DNA of 6,753 nucleotides from a virus (Duplodnaviria; Heunggongvirae; Uroviricota; Caudoviricetes): IMG/VR virus record IMGVR_UViG_2684622669_000006, positions 1 to 6,753 of that record; one strand, 5' to 3'. Shown piece by piece: positions 5,051 to 6,753 of this stretch (position 1 is its first letter; each line of letters starts with the position of its first letter). The notes under the pieces were generated by a model. It saw only the letters and a program-made list of their open reading frames with translations, ran no database searches and was not told where the DNA came from. The position numbers and the translations under genes were made by a program.

Positions 5051-6103
5051 ATGAAAAATACTGTAAAAATAAACAGTGTTGATTTAATCAACGCTGATTG
5101 CCTGCATTTTATTCAGTCCCTGCCTGATGATTCCATTGACCTGATTGTTACCGATCCGCCTTACTTCAAGGTGAAACCCAACGGTTGGGACAATCAGTGG
5201 AAAGGGGACGAAGATTACCTTAAGTGGCTGGACCACTGTCTGGCCCAGTTCTGGCGGGTGTTGAAACCTGCCGGAAGCCTTTACCTGTTCTGTGGGCATC
5301 GCCTGGCATCTGATATTGAGATCATGATGCGTGAACGTTTCAACGTGCTTAACCATATCATCTGGGCGAAGCCGTCCGGACGTTGGAATGGGTGTAATAA
5401 AGAAAGTCTGCGCGCATATTTTCCTGCCACAGAGCGCGTTCTGTTTGCTGAACATTACCAGGGGCCATATCGCGGCAAAAGTGACGGCTATGCGGCAAAA
5501 GAAAGGGAACTCAAACAGCACATAATGGCACCGCTGATATCGTATTTCAGGGATGCTCGTGCCGAACTGGGTATAACGGCAAAACAAATTGCCGAAGCCA
5601 CAGGTAAGAAAAATATGGTTTCCCACTGGTTTGGTGCCAGTCAGTGGCAGTTGCCGAATGAGGCTGACTATCGGAAGTTACAGGCACTGTTTTCCCGTAT
5701 AGCGGCAGAGAAGTTTCAGGAACAACAACTGGAACAACCACACCACCAGCTGGTGGCATCTTATGATTCACTGAATCGCAAATATTCTGAATTGCTGGAT
5801 GAGTTTAAATCTCTCCGGCGCTATTTCTCCGTATCAGTCTCCGTGCCTTATACCGATGTCTGGATGCATAAACCCGTTCAGTTCTACCCGGGTAAACATC
5901 CGTGTGAGAAACCGGCAGATATGCTCAGGCAAATAATCAATGCCAGTAGTCGACCTGGTGATCTGGTTGCTGATTTTTTTATGGGATCCGGTTCCACAAT
6001 AAAAGCAGCAATGGCGCTGGGGCGTCGGGCCTTAGGTGTTGAGCTTGAGTCAGAGCGGTTTAACCAGACAGTGAAAGAGATAAACGAGCTGGTGGGGAAA
6101 TAA
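5051..6103 (+). CDS. Orphan DNA methyltransferase, beta-class amino-MTase (likely N6-adenine), PF01555-like
   Basis: 350-aa product. Motif IV DPPY at aa 35-38 (nt 5153-5164) lies N-terminal to the AdoMet-binding motif I FFMGSGST near the C-terminus, which is the beta-class order. No restriction endonuclease gene is adjacent. Confidence 0.85.
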
Positions 6104-6109
6104 TCTGGT

Positions 6110-6131
6110 GGCCACGTCAGGTGGCCTTTTT
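6110..6131 (+). terminator. Rho-independent terminator between the MTase and the holin
   Basis: Stem GGCCAC (6110-6115) pairs with GTGGCC (6121-6126) around loop GTCAG, followed by TTTTT (6127-6131). It lies 7 nt after the MTase stop. Confidence 0.6.
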
Positions 6132-6170
6132 ATTTCCATTACACAGCACCCGCATCTGCGAGGTGGGGTT

Positions 6171-6386
6171 ATGAAATCCATGGATAAGTTAACAACGGGT
6201 GTCGCCTATGGCACCTCAGCAGGTAGTGCCGGGTACTGGTTTTTACAGTTGCTCGATAAAGTCACGCCCTCACAGTGGGCGGCAATAGGTGTGCTGGGTA
6301 GTCTGGTATTTGGCCTGCTGACGTACCTGACAAACCTTTATTTCAAGATTAAAGAAGATAAGCGCAAGGCTGCGAGAGGTGAATAA
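6171..6386 (+). CDS. Holin, phage 21 S-type pinholin with dual start (antiholin from Met1, holin from Met4)
   Basis: SD GAGGTGG (6160-6166). The product begins [71 protein letters not shown], closely matching what I remember of S21 (class II holin, two TMDs, charged C-terminus). Two in-frame ATGs at 6171 and 6180 are separated by a Lys codon. The longer track ORF from 6108 is an N-terminal over-extension. Confidence 0.85.
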
Positions 6387-6753
6387 TGCCTCCATCATTA
6401 CGAAAAGCAGTTGCTGCTGCTATTGGTGGCGGAGCAATTGCTATAGCATCAGTGTTAATCACTGGCCCAAGTGGTGACGATGGCCTGGAAGGTGTCAGTT
6501 ACATACCATACAAAGATATCGTTGGCGTATGGACTGTATGTCACGGACACACCGGAAAAGACATCATGCTCGGTAAAACGTATACCGAAGCAGAATGCAA
6601 AGCCCTCCTGAATAAAGACCTTGCCACGGTTGCCAGACAAATTAACCCGTACATCAAAGTCGATATACCGGAAACAACGCGCGGCGCTCTTTACTCGTTC
6701 GTCTACAACGTGGGTGCTGGCAATTTCAGAACATCGACGCTTCTTCGCAAAAT
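6386..6753 (+). CDS. SAR endolysin (phage 21 R-type lysozyme), 3'-truncated by the window end
   Basis: ATG 6386-6388 overlaps the holin stop (TAATG), with SD GAGG at 6376-6379. The product ([59 protein letters not shown]...) has a Gly/Ala-rich N-terminal signal-anchor-release helix and the lysozyme triad spacing E35-D44-T50. Not in the ORF track because no stop falls inside the window. Confidence 0.85.
   Translation, partial: MPPSLRKAVAAAIGGGAIAIASVLITGPSGDDGLEGVSYIPYKDIVGVWTVCHGHTGKDIMLGKTYTEAECKALLNKDLATVARQINPYIKVDIPETTRGALYSFVYNVGAGNFRTSTLLRK

Noticed and set aside
5084-5771. Minus-strand ORFs of 180 aa and 74 aa and a plus-strand 64-aa ORF inside the methyltransferase gene
   Set aside because: They lie entirely within the well-supported MTase reading frame, which carries the conserved DPPY and FFMGSGST motifs. 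These are shadow ORFs.
6108-6170. Upstream extension of the holin ORF ([21 protein letters not shown])
   Set aside because: It would begin at a non-ATG codon inside the terminator hairpin. The SD GAGGTGG points to ATG 6171 and the MKSMDK dual-start motif.
6455-6640. 61-aa minus-strand ORF inside the endolysin gene
   Set aside because: Antisense shadow ORF within the SAR endolysin coding frame.
1-6753. CRISPR arrays, rRNA genes, insertion sequences or integrase/att sites
   Set aside because: No regularly spaced direct repeats, no transposase or integrase-like ORF, and no long terminal inverted repeats seen. Prophage boundaries are outside the window.

Overview
This window reads as a segment of a lambdoid (phage 21/82-like) prophage from an enterobacterium, running from the nin-type early region through the late-gene antiterminator into the start of the lysis cassette. 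The plus-strand backbone is: DUF551-like protein, a coupled 27-aa hydrophobic peptide, two small hypothetical ORFs, a DUF968/HNH-like protein, RusA Holliday-junction resolvase, a Q-like Cys-rich antiterminator, a PR'-like promoter with tR'-like terminator, a small winged-helix-like ORF, an orphan beta-class DNA methyltransferase, a second terminator, a dual-start S21-type pinholin and a SAR endolysin truncated by the window end. Two apparent cargo modules interrupt this backbone. The first is a minus-strand toxin-antitoxin operon (RelE/ParE-superfamily HigB-2-like toxin followed by an MqsA/HigA-2-like HTH antitoxin), convergent with the DUF551 operon across a bidirectional terminator. The second is the wHTH-like ORF plus methyltransferase, sitting between the tR'-like terminator and the holin. 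All family assignments are from reading motifs in the supplied translations and from memory of these families; no database search was run. Several start codons are uncertain, notably the toxin, the 99-aa ORF and the small wHTH ORF.
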